The translations under genes were made by a program, and so were the position numbers. The notes under the pieces are model-generated. The model saw only the letters and a program-made list of their open reading frames with translations. It searched no databases and was not told the origin of the DNA. A DNA stretch of 64,000 bases from a virus. The stretch covers positions 32,001 to 96,000 of IMG/VR virus record IMGVR_UViG_3300032326_001134; one strand, given 5' to 3'. Shown one piece after another: positions 35,787 to 46,943 of this stretch. Each line of letters starts with the position of its first letter. Positions within the stretch are counted from its first letter, which is position 1.

Positions 35787-36119
35787 TTGGCTACAACAGT
35801 ATACAATGTAGAAGAAATTGAACTACAAAATGGTTCAAAGGTTAAGCTAAAGCCATTAAGCATTAAGGCATTGCGCCTGTTTATGGCAGAAATTCAAAAG
35901 ACACAAATGGCAGAAAATGAAGACGAGACATTAACAATTCTAATTAACGCATGCGGAATTGCAATACAGTCACAACTGCCAGATTTAGTAGCAGATAAAG
36001 ATGCTTTAGAAGATGCTTTGGACATGCCAACAATTAATCGCATTCTTGATGTTTGCGGAGGAATTAAACTTGACGACCCAAACCTTCTAGCGGCAGCGGT
36101 TCTGGCTGGTCAGAACTAG
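35787..36119 (+). CDS. Tail assembly chaperone (G)
   Basis: Lies between major tail and tape measure; AGGAGG RBS, TTG start; slippery site near the 3' end. Confidence 0.85.
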   Translation: MATTVYNVEEIELQNGSKVKLKPLSIKALRLFMAEIQKTQMAENEDETLTILINACGIAIQSQLPDLVADKDALEDALDMPTINRILDVCGGIKLDDPNLLAAAVLAGQN

Positions 36120-36445
36120 ATTTAGCCGCTTTGCTTGGGGAAGTTTTTCTTTTAGGTAATTGGAAAAATTACGAAGAACTAGAAGAAAGTCTTTCAATGC
36201 CAGAGTTGATTCAAACGTTTAAGTCTATGCAAAAAACTGAAGAAGAAAAAAGAAAGTTTTTAGCTTCTTTGCAGGGCGTAGATTTAAATACAGAAGAAAA
36301 AAAAGAAGGTCCTACCTTCGAAGATATACAAAGAAGAGCTTTAGGAATAGAAGCATCAGCAGACGATGTTGTTTCTTTACAAGGCCCACTTGCAGTACAG
36401 CAGGGATTTGGTATCGGAGCTGGTTTAGGATACTCGAAGGAGTAG
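35787..36445 (+). CDS. Tail assembly chaperone frameshift product (GT), -1 shift at 36077-36083
   Basis: C CCA AAC heptamer; the -1 frame is open (PSSGSGSGWSELDLAALLGEVF...) into the 36131..36445 ORF, which lacks an SD. Confidence 0.8.
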
Positions 36446-36455
36446 AATATAGTTA

Positions 36456-39400
36456 ATGGCTGAAGAACAAATAGTAACCAATATAGTTGCTAAATCTGAC
36501 TTTTCAAATCTTATTGTAGATCTTAATAAGGTATCTTCAGCATTAACTGGCCTACAAGAAAAACTTCAAACTACTAATAAAACATTAGCAGCACAAGCTG
36601 CTGTAATGAATAGATCATTTGCTGAAACAATGAGAAGCACTGGTCAGTTCTCTACGCATTTTGTAAGCTTAAGCTCTGACGTTGATAAATTTGGAAATCA
36701 GTTAGATAGAGGCCAATTAAAACTCGGTAAGTTTTTTCAGACATATAGTCAGCATGTTAAAACAAACGGCGGTCTTATTAGAGATTTAGCAAAACAACAG
36801 GTACAGCTACAAAACTCTATACTACAACCTTTAGGCAGAAATGCCGAAGGTTTAATGCAATACAATGTTCATATTCCAAGAGGCTTAGATGTAGTTAAAA
36901 ATAAAACAGCTATAGCAAAACAAGAATTAATGATCATGAATAAAGTTATTCAGGAAGGTGCTGGACAGTTAATTAACTGGGGTAAAAACACTCAGTGGGC
37001 GGGTCGTCAGCTAACAGTGGGATTAACAGTTCCTATAGCAGCATTTGGAAAAGCATCAGCGGATGCATTTAAAGAGGCGGATCAGCAGCTAGTAAGATTA
37101 ACAAAGGTTTATGGCGGACTATCAGCAGTATCATCAGAAGAACTTGCTAAAGTAAGAAAAGATGTAAGCGATACCGCCTCAGAACTTTCAAAATCTTACG
37201 GAACATCTTTCTCAGACACAATTGCACTTGCAGCAGATATAGCTGCCACTGGACAACAAGGCAATGAGCTTCTTGGCTCTATTAGAGAAACAACAAGACT
37301 TGCAGTGCTTGGTGAAGTTGATAGACAAGATGCAATGAAGGCAACTCTTGCAATACAAACGGCATTTAAACAAAATACAGAAGAGTTGTCTCAATCAATT
37401 AACTTTTTAAACGCAGTAGAAAACCAAACCTCTACAACACTAAATGACTTAGTGGAAGCAATTCCAAAAGCGGGACCAATTGTTAAAGGTCTTGGAGGAG
37501 ACGTAAAGGATCTTGCTCTTTATTTAACAGCAATGAGAGAAGGCGGAATTAACGCATCAGAAGGTGCAAACGCATTAAAGTCTGGTTTAGCTTCTTTGAT
37601 TAATCCAACAAAAGTTGCAAAAGCAATGTTTGAAGGATTTGGAATTTCATTAACTGATATTGTTGAAAGAAACGCTGGAAATACAACAGCAACAATTTTA
37701 GAATTCCAGGCTGCTTTAGAAACTTTAAATCCACTACAAAAGCAACAGGCTCTAGAGCAACTATTTGGTAAATTCCAATTTGCCAGAATGAATGCTCTTT
37801 TTGAAAATCTTGGAAAGCAAGGAAGCCAGACACTCCAGGTAATGGATTTAATGAAAGCCAGCTCAGAAGAGCTAACAGACTTAGCTGGTCGAGAATTAAC
37901 TCAAGTCACAGAATCAGCTTCTGGTAAATATCGCAGAGCCGTAGAAGGATTAAAAGCAGACCTTGCTGGAATTGGAGAGCAATTCCTTAAAATTAATACT
38001 ACTTTAATTCAAGTTGTAAATGGAATACTTAACTTTGTACAGTCTCTTCCAAACCCAATTAAACAAGCACTAGGATTCTTGGGTATGATAACAGCAGCAG
38101 CTGGACCATTGATTATGTTAACTGGTGTTCTTGGAAACTTTTTTGGATACATAATAAAAGGTGCTTCTCATTTTAGAGCATTATTTAAAGGTGGAGCAGG
38201 CTGGAAACTTCTAACTCCAGAAATTTTAGCTGCACAAAAAGCTGGAAATCTAGTAGAGCAAACATTTTATAGTGATGCCAAAGCAGCGTCAGTATTAAAA
38301 CAATCAATAGCAACACTGGCTGCAGAGTTTGCAAACCTAGAACAAAAAGCAATGTCCGCTGCTATATCTGTAAACCCAGTTGTTTCAAGCGGAGGAACTG
38401 TAGTTATGAATGGAGGAGGCAGAGCTGTTAATGCATCACACCCATTAGCAGGAGCACAGGGAACAAGATCGGCTGCCCACCATAATCCAAGATCATTAAT
38501 GACTCAATCGCAAAGAGATTCCCAAACCATACACTCATTCACACCAGCACCAATTCCTTTAAATCAAAAAATAGGTGCGGTCCCACAAATATTTATGGAT
38601 AGCGATCTTCCAAGAATTGAAGGATTAACTGCATCTAAAGGAGTTTCAACTGGTATTGTTGCTGGAGAAGCTGCCAAGTGGCATGCATTAATGGGAACGC
38701 TATCTATGATGTCTAAGAAAGAAGTTGCAGATTTAAAGAAAGAAATTGCTAGAACAGGAACATTTAGCGCAGAAATAAATAGTACATTCGGACAGTTGCT
38801 TCCAGCTATGACAAAATTGACAAGTAATGCAGCATCACAATCTGCTGCAATTGTTGCAGAGTTGCAAGCAGGTAAATTAACAGTAGATGCAGCTCGCACA
38901 AAAATTATTGCAATTAACGCAGAGCTAGAAAGAATGATGGGGCAAACAACCACACAGGTTGCTACTAGCCTTGGAAGAACTGCCAACTTAACTCAAGTTC
39001 CATTAGTAGATCAACCAATTGTAAGCAGCACAGGAAAGTCAAATATTAAAGAAATATTTAGACCAAAGAGAGCAGCATCTGGAATTATTGATAAAATAGC
39101 AAGAGGTCTTGGCGTAAGAACATGGGGCGGTGGATATTCAACAGAAACTACAATGCCTAAAAAGTTTGCAGCTGGTGGACAAATTTATGGACCAGGAACT
39201 GGAACATCTGACTCAATTCCAATTATGGCATCTGCTGGAGAGTTTATAGTTAACGCAAAAGCAACTAAAGAAAACCTACCACTGTTAGCAGCAATTAACG
39301 GAGGAATGGGAAATCAAGACGGCAATTACGCAGAAGGCGGATTCTTACCAGCAACAATGCTTTGGCAAGGAAGCAAGATGAATGCAATATTAGCACATCC

Positions 39401-42400
39401 AGATCAAGCTGGTAGAAGAAAATCTTTAGGGCTTGACACACCCCTAGCAAGTGGTAACACAATTCCTGGTGCAATGTTTGCAAAAGACTTTCAACAAATG
39501 CGTAGATCTGGCGTACACCCAGGTGGAATACTATATGAAATAGGATCACAGTTAGGATATTCCTCAAAAGACTTACAATTTGCAATAAATCCAATGGAAA
39601 AAGAAATAAGAGAGACTTTAATGAAGTCTGGAAATATAACTCCAAAGCAATACGATGAAATTGTTTCTAGAGTAATGCACAGACATCTTCAAAGAGTTAC
39701 TAGAATGAGTGCTGCAAAGGGAAGAAGAGTTTCCCTAACAGAAGAGATTGGCTCATTAGGCTTTAAAAGAAATGCAAAAAATAAAGGTGTATTAAAAGGC
39801 AGCGTAAGAAATATTGGTTTTGATGGACAAAAAGTGGCACAACCATTTGTTTCAACTGGTGGCGGAATACCCGCAGACTCAATGGCGGGCAAGCATTTTG
39901 AAAGAATGCAAGAGCTTTACCCAGAAGAACAAAGAAAGGCAACACCAGCATTTGGTAGAGGAAAAACATTTAAATCAATTTTTGGAGCAGAACGAGGTCA
40001 CGTTGGAGCATCTTTACCATTTGGAGGAATGCCTTACAACTCCGCAGCAAGAGGCATACATCCAGATAAATATTCAATAAATGCCCACGGAAGAAAAACA
40101 TTTTTAAATATGCCATTGCAAAAGTTGGCAAAGGGTTGGGCTAATCCAAGATACGTTGCACCAGATCCAAGATCAATAGCTTTAAGACAAAAATGGATGC
40201 GTGGATATAAAGACGGTGGAATGGTTGGAGGCGGATACGCCCCAAGAAAATATGCACAAGGCGGAATGATTAGACAACAAATTGCTCCAATGCTGGGTGG
40301 AACTGCTGGATGGATGGGTGGGCAAGCATTAGGATCAATGGTTGGCGGAGACATTGGCGGAATGGTTGGAGGAATGGCTGGATCTATGGTTATTCCTGCA
40401 ATGATGATGAGAACAGGAAAAGCCACAGATGAAACTATACCAAAATTAGGAAGATTTAAATCTGCCATCACAGCTATTACAGTTCTACCAGGTCCCGTTA
40501 AATTACTTGGAGCAGTACTAGCTGTAGGAGCAGCAGTTAAAACAGTTAACGATAAAATTAATGAACATCGCAAGATAATTAATTTAGCATTTGGTCCAAC
40601 AGAAGAGTCCGCACAAAGGCTTGGTATAAAATATAACTCATTAACAAATCAAATGAAAGATTTTGCCGAACAAACAAAACTAACTAAAGCAAAAATAGAA
40701 GAGTTCTATGCTGCAACACAAAATTCTGGTGTGGCTGGACTAAACCTAACTATAAAGCAGCTCGCAGAGTTAAAAGAAACAGTACGCAAAGACTTCCCAG
40801 ACTATGTAAAGATGTTTGACAAAGCAAGTCCTAAAGAGGTTATAATAAAAGCACAGCAATTAAAGGCACAATTTGTTGCTGGTGGAATGAGCGCAGAAGA
40901 AGCAACTAAGAAAATATATGCAATGGTTTCTGTTTCTAATAAAGCAAACCAAGCAGTTCAAGCAATAGCCAATGAGGGATTCTCCAGCATTAAAGATAAA
41001 GCCACAGCTGCAGTTCAATCAGTTAAAGTATTTAATGCTTTATTAAAAGAAGGAAATACTGATCAATTATCTACATCTTTCGATACAGTTATAACTTCTT
41101 TACAAGAAGCTGAAAAAGCGCTTATTGGAACAAAAAATGCTCAAGGACAAATAACAACTAGTGCAGAGGCATTTGATGCTACCTTAAAATCAATTAGCGG
41201 AACTAAACTTGGAAACCTTAAGTTAGATCAAGAAGGAGTAGACGCCTTATCTAAGCAAAATGAAATAATGGGACTTATTTTAAATAAGTCAGATACAGTT
41301 GCTGGGGCATATTCAAAAATGAAATTGTATTTAAGCGGAGTAAATCTTGACCTAAAATCAATGGATTCAACCATGGCTAGTCTTGCAGTAAAAGCAGTAA
41401 ACTTAGCAACTCAAAATTTAATTGGTGGAAAGTATAAGGGAATATCTGATGAAATAAAAAGATTAACCGAAGCTGGCACCTCACAGAAAGCAATAAAGAC
41501 ACAACAGAATGTTCAAAAAGATTTAGATGCTCAAATTAAAAAGCATCAAAAAATAATTGATAAAATCAAAGAGCAGGCTGACGCCAAGGTAGAAGCATTA
41601 AGTAGACAGAATGACGCAGAAGACTACAACCTTAAAATTCAAAAGTTACAGATCCAGTATCAGGAAAAACTTGCTTCTGGAGATATGGCTGGAGCTGCAC
41701 AAGATCAGATAGACATACAGCTACTTAGCTCATCTAGACAAAAAGATTTAGCTGTTAATGCTATTAGAGATAAAGAAAAGGCAGACGTAAAGGCACAAGA
41801 GTTAATTATTGAGGGCTTACAAAAGAAACTTGAAGGTTCTCAAAAGGCTGTTAAAAAAGCAACATCTGCTGCTGATGTTTCTTTAAAGAAGGCTGCAGAG
41901 TTGCAAACAACATTAAACAGTTTAGCTCTTGCAACAGTAAACGCTGCACTTGGAACCATTGATTATAAAGAAATAGCAAATCTTCAAACTCAATTAAAGA
42001 AATTTGGATTTACTAGCGAAGCAAATGCAATTGGTCCACAAAACACTTTCTCAGACGCACGTTCCTCACGAGGTGGAATAAATTCAACAACAACAGGAAT
42101 ACAGTCTATAGGAAGAGATGCTCTGTCAGAAGTAATTAACGGAAATAAAACATTATCTACAAAAGATAATGCGCTACTAAAATTTTTCATAGAAAATAAT
42201 GGAGCTGGAGTAACTGGAAAGTCAATTACAAGGGACTACGGAAATATATCATACAACAAGTGGAACCCAGCAACTTGGGCAAATACTGATAATTTAGCAA
42301 AACTTGTAAAAGAAAATAATCTTAAGAAAAATGATACCTTTACCTATAAAGGAAAAACTTATAAAGTTACAAACACTTCTGGTTTAGTTACAGCAGATGA

Positions 42401-42743
42401 AATTAAAATGGCATCTGGAGGTTTTGTTTCTGGACCAGGGACGGGGACATCAGACTCTATACCAGCGATGCTTTCAAACGGAGAATATGTAATAAATGCA
42501 GACTCTGTTAAAAAATATGGAATGGATACATTCCACGCATTTAATAGTAAAAAATATTCAATGGGCGGACCAGTCACAAGAATGCCTTATGCAAACGGAG
42601 GCCCAGTCACAAGTAGCGGATCGATGTATAATATAAATGTTACACTTAACGGATCAAACCTTGATCCAAACGATGTGGCAAGAGCAATTCATAAAGAGAT
42701 GAAGATGCGTGAGATAGCCTCTGGAAGGAGTAGAACTGTATGA
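36456..42743 (+). CDS. Tape measure protein
   Basis: 2095 aa, helical/Ala-rich, NWGKNTQWAGRQL, TP901-type core, GPGTGTSDSI motifs. Confidence 0.95.
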   Translation: MAEEQIVTNIVAKSDFSNLIVDLNKVSSALTGLQEKLQTTNKTLAAQAAVMNRSFAETMRSTGQFSTHFVSLSSDVDKFGNQLDRGQLKLGKFFQTYSQHVKTNGGLIRDLAKQQVQLQNSILQPLGRNAEGLMQYNVHIPRGLDVVKNKTAIAKQELMIMNKVIQEGAGQLINWGKNTQWAGRQLTVGLTVPIAAFGKASADAFKEADQQLVRLTKVYGGLSAVSSEELAKVRKDVSDTASELSKSYGTSFSDTIALAADIAATGQQGNELLGSIRETTRLAVLGEVDRQDAMKATLAIQTAFKQNTEELSQSINFLNAVENQTSTTLNDLVEAIPKAGPIVKGLGGDVKDLALYLTAMREGGINASEGANALKSGLASLINPTKVAKAMFEGFGISLTDIVERNAGNTTATILEFQAALETLNPLQKQQALEQLFGKFQFARMNALFENLGKQGSQTLQVMDLMKASSEELTDLAGRELTQVTESASGKYRRAVEGLKADLAGIGEQFLKINTTLIQVVNGILNFVQSLPNPIKQALGFLGMITAAAGPLIMLTGVLGNFFGYIIKGASHFRALFKGGAGWKLLTPEILAAQKAGNLVEQTFYSDAKAASVLKQSIATLAAEFANLEQKAMSAAISVNPVVSSGGTVVMNGGGRAVNASHPLAGAQGTRSAAHHNPRSLMTQSQRDSQTIHSFTPAPIPLNQKIGAVPQIFMDSDLPRIEGLTASKGVSTGIVAGEAAKWHALMGTLSMMSKKEVADLKKEIARTGTFSAEINSTFGQLLPAMTKLTSNAASQSAAIVAELQAGKLTVDAARTKIIAINAELERMMGQTTTQVATSLGRTANLTQVPLVDQPIVSSTGKSNIKEIFRPKRAASGIIDKIARGLGVRTWGGGYSTETTMPKKFAAGGQIYGPGTGTSDSIPIMASAGEFIVNAKATKENLPLLAAINGGMGNQDGNYAEGGFLPATMLWQGSKMNAILAHPDQAGRRKSLGLDTPLASGNTIPGAMFAKDFQQMRRSGVHPGGILYEIGSQLGYSSKDLQFAINPMEKEIRETLMKSGNITPKQYDEIVSRVMHRHLQRVTRMSAAKGRRVSLTEEIGSLGFKRNAKNKGVLKGSVRNIGFDGQKVAQPFVSTGGGIPADSMAGKHFERMQELYPEEQRKATPAFGRGKTFKSIFGAERGHVGASLPFGGMPYNSAARGIHPDKYSINAHGRKTFLNMPLQKLAKGWANPRYVAPDPRSIALRQKWMRGYKDGGMVGGGYAPRKYAQGGMIRQQIAPMLGGTAGWMGGQALGSMVGGDIGGMVGGMAGSMVIPAMMMRTGKATDETIPKLGRFKSAITAITVLPGPVKLLGAVLAVGAAVKTVNDKINEHRKIINLAFGPTEESAQRLGIKYNSLTNQMKDFAEQTKLTKAKIEEFYAATQNSGVAGLNLTIKQLAELKETVRKDFPDYVKMFDKASPKEVIIKAQQLKAQFVAGGMSAEEATKKIYAMVSVSNKANQAVQAIANEGFSSIKDKATAAVQSVKVFNALLKEGNTDQLSTSFDTVITSLQEAEKALIGTKNAQGQITTSAEAFDATLKSISGTKLGNLKLDQEGVDALSKQNEIMGLILNKSDTVAGAYSKMKLYLSGVNLDLKSMDSTMASLAVKAVNLATQNLIGGKYKGISDEIKRLTEAGTSQKAIKTQQNVQKDLDAQIKKHQKIIDKIKEQADAKVEALSRQNDAEDYNLKIQKLQIQYQEKLASGDMAGAAQDQIDIQLLSSSRQKDLAVNAIRDKEKADVKAQELIIEGLQKKLEGSQKAVKKATSAADVSLKKAAELQTTLNSLALATVNAALGTIDYKEIANLQTQLKKFGFTSEANAIGPQNTFSDARSSRGGINSTTTGIQSIGRDALSEVINGNKTLSTKDNALLKFFIENNGAGVTGKSITRDYGNISYNKWNPATWANTDNLAKLVKENNLKKNDTFTYKGKTYKVTNTSGLVTADEIKMASGGFVSGPGTGTSDSIPAMLSNGEYVINADSVKKYGMDTFHAFNSKKYSMGGPVTRMPYANGGPVTSSGSMYNINVTLNGSNLDPNDVARAIHKEMKMREIASGRSRTV

Positions 42744-43213
42744 GTATAGTAAGTATGCCTAGAGGGTCTATCCTTCAAATTCAAGGATATGACGCATCTG
42801 CTAACGGCGGAGATGGCTCATTAAAGTATAATAAGGTCTCAGAGCATAATAGATCACAGTTTGATATTAGCAATGAGCGTATCGAAAAACAACAAAGAAT
42901 GGCAAACGGAACCCTAAGAAAGTTTTTTGTTGCAGACAAAAAGACGTTTACCTTATCCTGGGACATGTTGCCATCCTATAGAACCTTTACAGTAGACGGA
43001 GCCTGGGGAGCAGAAGACCTAAGAACATTTTATAATAGCGCACAGGGACAATCATCTTTTAATATTAGAGTAAACCTAGCAAAAGACGGAACAAATCAAG
43101 AAGCAGCAAACTATGAGTCATATACAGTAGTTTTCTCAAACTGTAACTTTACCGTTTTAAAAAGAGGCGCACAGCCATTTTGGAATGTATCAATAACAAT
43201 GGTACAGGTATAA
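42740..43213 (+). CDS. Distal tail/minor tail protein
   Basis: Directly after tape measure; SEHNR..RMANGTLRKFF..W. Confidence 0.65.
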   Translation: MSIVSMPRGSILQIQGYDASANGGDGSLKYNKVSEHNRSQFDISNERIEKQQRMANGTLRKFFVADKKTFTLSWDMLPSYRTFTVDGAWGAEDLRTFYNSAQGQSSFNIRVNLAKDGTNQEAANYESYTVVFSNCNFTVLKRGAQPFWNVSITMVQV

Positions 43214-43214
43214 A

Positions 43215-45236
43215 ATGATAAATGCTTCAACTAACCTAAAGAACACACTTTATAATAATACAAATATTAAAATAAGTGCTGGCTGCCACATAGAATATAA
43301 TATGAATAACCTACTTGACAATATATCTGCCGTCAACAATATCCCAGACTCATCATATACTGGGCAAATAGTTAACTTAGTAAATCAACCAGCGTGGCCA
43401 TCAGGAAGGCCAAACCCGTATAAAAAATTATTCCCAGTAGACTCTTTGATAAAACCATTTCGTCCAATTAACTCTGGAATAAAATATTTCATTCTGGCTG
43501 ACGCAGACACATATACAAATTCATTTTCATCATACAGATCAGTAAAGTACCCAGAAGCTCAGCCAAGAATATACTATCCAGGAGTGGAGACATTTTATAA
43601 GTATTGGGTCACTCCAATAAATACTGGGGCTAATTTAACAATAAATTATGCAACATCTGGAATCAAATATGCACTTACAAATAAAATTGTTTTAAGATTT
43701 GAAAAGAATCATGCGCTTCCATCTACCTACACAATAGTTATAACAAAATCAGATGACACACAGATAACCATTGCAAGCTCACTTAGCGTTCCGTCAAATG
43801 GAAATATTGTATTGCATTACAACGGATCAGCATGGTCTACCATAGAGCCAGAAGTATTTGCTTCACCTATTTCAATAAAATCTATTGCAATAACAACTCC
43901 AAGCGCAGGCGCTGGTAAGATAATTGGAATAATAGAAGTTTCAGCAAGATGGGTAAAAGATGTATCAGAAGACGTACTTTCTTTTACAATAAATAAAGAG
44001 TCTTCCGCTTCTTCAGAAGACCTACTTCCAGTAGGCAAAGTAACTGCAAACTCTTTAAATTTAAATTTAGTAAAGTATAACCAGACGGCACCAGAATATG
44101 TTTCATACAACAGAGATATAGCGTTATCAAGCTCTCTTACTTATATATATAAAAATGTTGTATTAAATCCATACTTTAAAATATATCATGATAATGGAAC
44201 ATACACTGAAGGCTTAGAAAAATACGACAAAATATTTCAGGGACAATACTACATAGACAGCTGGGATATAGATAGCTACGGCGCATCTACAATAACAGCA
44301 TTAGACAATACCAAGTACCTCATGGAAACCATAGCACCAGACATGCTATGCGAGTCTTACCCAGCCACAGCAGTGATAAGAAGATTACTAGACTCAGTAG
44401 GGTTTACAAACTATGCTTTTAATCTTACATCAGAAACAGATTCCTCAATACCATTTATTAATTACTTTTGGACGGACGGAAGTAAAACAGTTTGGGAGCA
44501 TATTCAAGAACTATGCAGAGATATACAGATGAATGCTGTAATTGATGAAAATAACATACTGCAGTTTTATAGTAGAAATTATATGTACGGAAGAACAGAT
44601 AAGAATTGGAATTTTTACTACGAGCAAAATGAAAGCAGTTTACCAAACATTATTAGCTTAAATCAAAAAGACATCGCATCAGCAAATCAGGTTAAAGTTC
44701 TATGGTCTACTCCAATATCTTCTACTTACCTTGGGGGATCTGGGCCACTTTGGCAATCTCCAACATCATATTTAATTGCAGGCGGTCTAAAAGAAACATT
44801 GACAGCATCAAGTAATAAAATTATATTAGACTTAGAGACACCAGACAATTACAGCAAGTTTCAATCTGGATTTAATTTTAATGGATACTTTATGATAGAT
44901 TCTGAAATTATAGAGTTTGATGCCATAGGGTATCAATATGTTCCAAGGGACCTAACTCCTTCCACAATGTATGACGCCTTAACAGAAGCAAATGTTTTGA
45001 ATGATGGAAGATTTATTAATATATGGATAGAAAATGCTGCTGATGTGAATAAATATAGAAACTTTTCAAAGGTAGGGTCATACAGCATAAGTTCAGAGAT
45101 ATACTTTAAACCAAATGGAGTGTATAGAGTTAAAAAACGAGGAGCCCTAGGAACCACAGCAGCATCACATAACGCCAGTGGAGTTCCATCAACGGGGTAT
45201 GCTTGGACTGAAACAATGGTGACTCAAAATGCGTGA
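43215..45236 (+). CDS. Minor tail (hub-like) protein
   Basis: LPVGKVTAN, TVWEHIQELCRD.Q..A..DE; position. Confidence 0.7.
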   Translation: MINASTNLKNTLYNNTNIKISAGCHIEYNMNNLLDNISAVNNIPDSSYTGQIVNLVNQPAWPSGRPNPYKKLFPVDSLIKPFRPINSGIKYFILADADTYTNSFSSYRSVKYPEAQPRIYYPGVETFYKYWVTPINTGANLTINYATSGIKYALTNKIVLRFEKNHALPSTYTIVITKSDDTQITIASSLSVPSNGNIVLHYNGSAWSTIEPEVFASPISIKSIAITTPSAGAGKIIGIIEVSARWVKDVSEDVLSFTINKESSASSEDLLPVGKVTANSLNLNLVKYNQTAPEYVSYNRDIALSSSLTYIYKNVVLNPYFKIYHDNGTYTEGLEKYDKIFQGQYYIDSWDIDSYGASTITALDNTKYLMETIAPDMLCESYPATAVIRRLLDSVGFTNYAFNLTSETDSSIPFINYFWTDGSKTVWEHIQELCRDIQMNAVIDENNILQFYSRNYMYGRTDKNWNFYYEQNESSLPNIISLNQKDIASANQVKVLWSTPISSTYLGGSGPLWQSPTSYLIAGGLKETLTASSNKIILDLETPDNYSKFQSGFNFNGYFMIDSEIIEFDAIGYQYVPRDLTPSTMYDALTEANVLNDGRFINIWIENAADVNKYRNFSKVGSYSISSEIYFKPNGVYRVKKRGALGTTAASHNASGVPSTGYAWTETMVTQNA

Positions 45237-46923
45237 TATATTTCCAATTGGAGGATCTTATACAGAACTAACATTTATTACAAATTTAGTAATAAAACCT
45301 CTGTCAGACACGTCAGTAGAAATAAATGTAGATACCTACAACTGGTCCATTACACCAACATCATATAATATTTATATACAAAAAAAGATATTTTCGTTAG
45401 GGTCTTGGATTAATGACCCGTTGTCGTCAGAGGTAATAGTAAGCAAAACAGTAGATCCATTTGTGATTAACAATTTAATTGCTGGGGCAACATATGACTT
45501 TCAGGTAGTACCATATTCAAATTCAAATATGGGATACGGCGTACAGCAATTAAACTACACAATGCCAAAAACTGGAGGCTCTATGCAAACAGTATCTTCA
45601 AAGTTTGCAAAATCTTACATAGCACTTTCTGTTACAGAGCAACAATACTTAGCAAAAAAATATTCAATAGCCCACAGAGAGTTTCCAGCAATTGTTGTTC
45701 CATCAATAAAAACTGTTTCTAGAACTAATGGAAATGAATATAATGTTGGATACTTTTCTTACGGAACAAGTTTGGTATTAGACAATATGGTTGACAATCC
45801 AAAACAAATGGGAGGGCTCGGCTTCTTTGTCGATAATCTTGGTCAAACTGGATATTACATTATTATTGAATCCACATCCTCGTCATCAGCCCTAGATAAA
45901 AAATCTGTTAGAATTGTAAAGTTTATTGGAAACAAAGTAAAGCCACTAAAAGAAATTGGTACAAGAACAGAATCCATGGTGGACGGAATCTATGGTGGAA
46001 GAATTTATAATATTGACGTTAAGGTAAAAATACAAAATAGAATTGTAAACATTGATGCATATGTTAATGGATATAAGATAAGCTATCAAGATTCAACTGT
46101 AAGAAAAAGCGGGGCAGTTGCATTGCCAGAAACATCCATACTTCCACCAACAAATAGGGTAGCAATACTATGTGGAAGAGGAGAAGTAGCATTTGACTAT
46201 GTATACGGAAATGAATTAAAAGATTACCAGTACGCAGACGCTGCATTTGATTTAAATTTCTATCAGGGGCAGTTTGGAAATGACTTAATAAATACATCAT
46301 TTGGAGATCTTTCATATATGGCAAATTACTCAGAGGACGAGATATCTTCTGGGAACAAAAAATTAACTGCTCTGGATGAGTTTGGAACTGTGGTGAGAGA
46401 GATATTAAAGGTTGATATTAAATACGACTCAAGGCCATCGTACCCTATTAAATGGGGTACAGGAATAAATAAATATGCAAATATTATTGGACAAAAGGTA
46501 TCTAATTTTGGAGCCCAAGCTTTCATATTAAATAACACATCAACAACCATACCAGTTTCAAATGGCCTAGAGGCAAGCTTGTACCTATATGGAAACACTC
46601 TTGGAAGCTCTGGAGACTTAGAATATAAAACAGATGGGCTAAATGATTACACCACCGTAGAGCCCATTATTTTCCAGTCAACATGGCTTCAAAATGAGGC
46701 AGATGTAAAGAGTTTAGCAAACTGGATAAAAAGCAATGTTGTTAATAAGGGAAAATTAGTTACCATGAGTATATTTGGTAACCCATTGATTTCAGTAGGA
46801 GATATTGTTAGTATTAAATATACATATTATGGTTTGGCTGGAACCGAAAGCTTTATTGTTACAAATGTAACCCACTCTTATTCTGAAGGATTGGAGACAG
46901 AAATTACCTGTAGAACTTTATAG
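45229..46923 (+). CDS. Minor tail protein (N-terminal Fn3-like)
   Basis: INNLIAGATYDFQV; C-terminal FGNPLISVGDIV typical of tail hub C-termini. Confidence 0.7.
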   Translation: MRDIFPIGGSYTELTFITNLVIKPLSDTSVEINVDTYNWSITPTSYNIYIQKKIFSLGSWINDPLSSEVIVSKTVDPFVINNLIAGATYDFQVVPYSNSNMGYGVQQLNYTMPKTGGSMQTVSSKFAKSYIALSVTEQQYLAKKYSIAHREFPAIVVPSIKTVSRTNGNEYNVGYFSYGTSLVLDNMVDNPKQMGGLGFFVDNLGQTGYYIIIESTSSSSALDKKSVRIVKFIGNKVKPLKEIGTRTESMVDGIYGGRIYNIDVKVKIQNRIVNIDAYVNGYKISYQDSTVRKSGAVALPETSILPPTNRVAILCGRGEVAFDYVYGNELKDYQYADAAFDLNFYQGQFGNDLINTSFGDLSYMANYSEDEISSGNKKLTALDEFGTVVREILKVDIKYDSRPSYPIKWGTGINKYANIIGQKVSNFGAQAFILNNTSTTIPVSNGLEASLYLYGNTLGSSGDLEYKTDGLNDYTTVEPIIFQSTWLQNEADVKSLANWIKSNVVNKGKLVTMSIFGNPLISVGDIVSIKYTYYGLAGTESFIVTNVTHSYSEGLETEITCRTL

Positions 46924-46943
46924 TTAAATGGTATAATAAAAAT

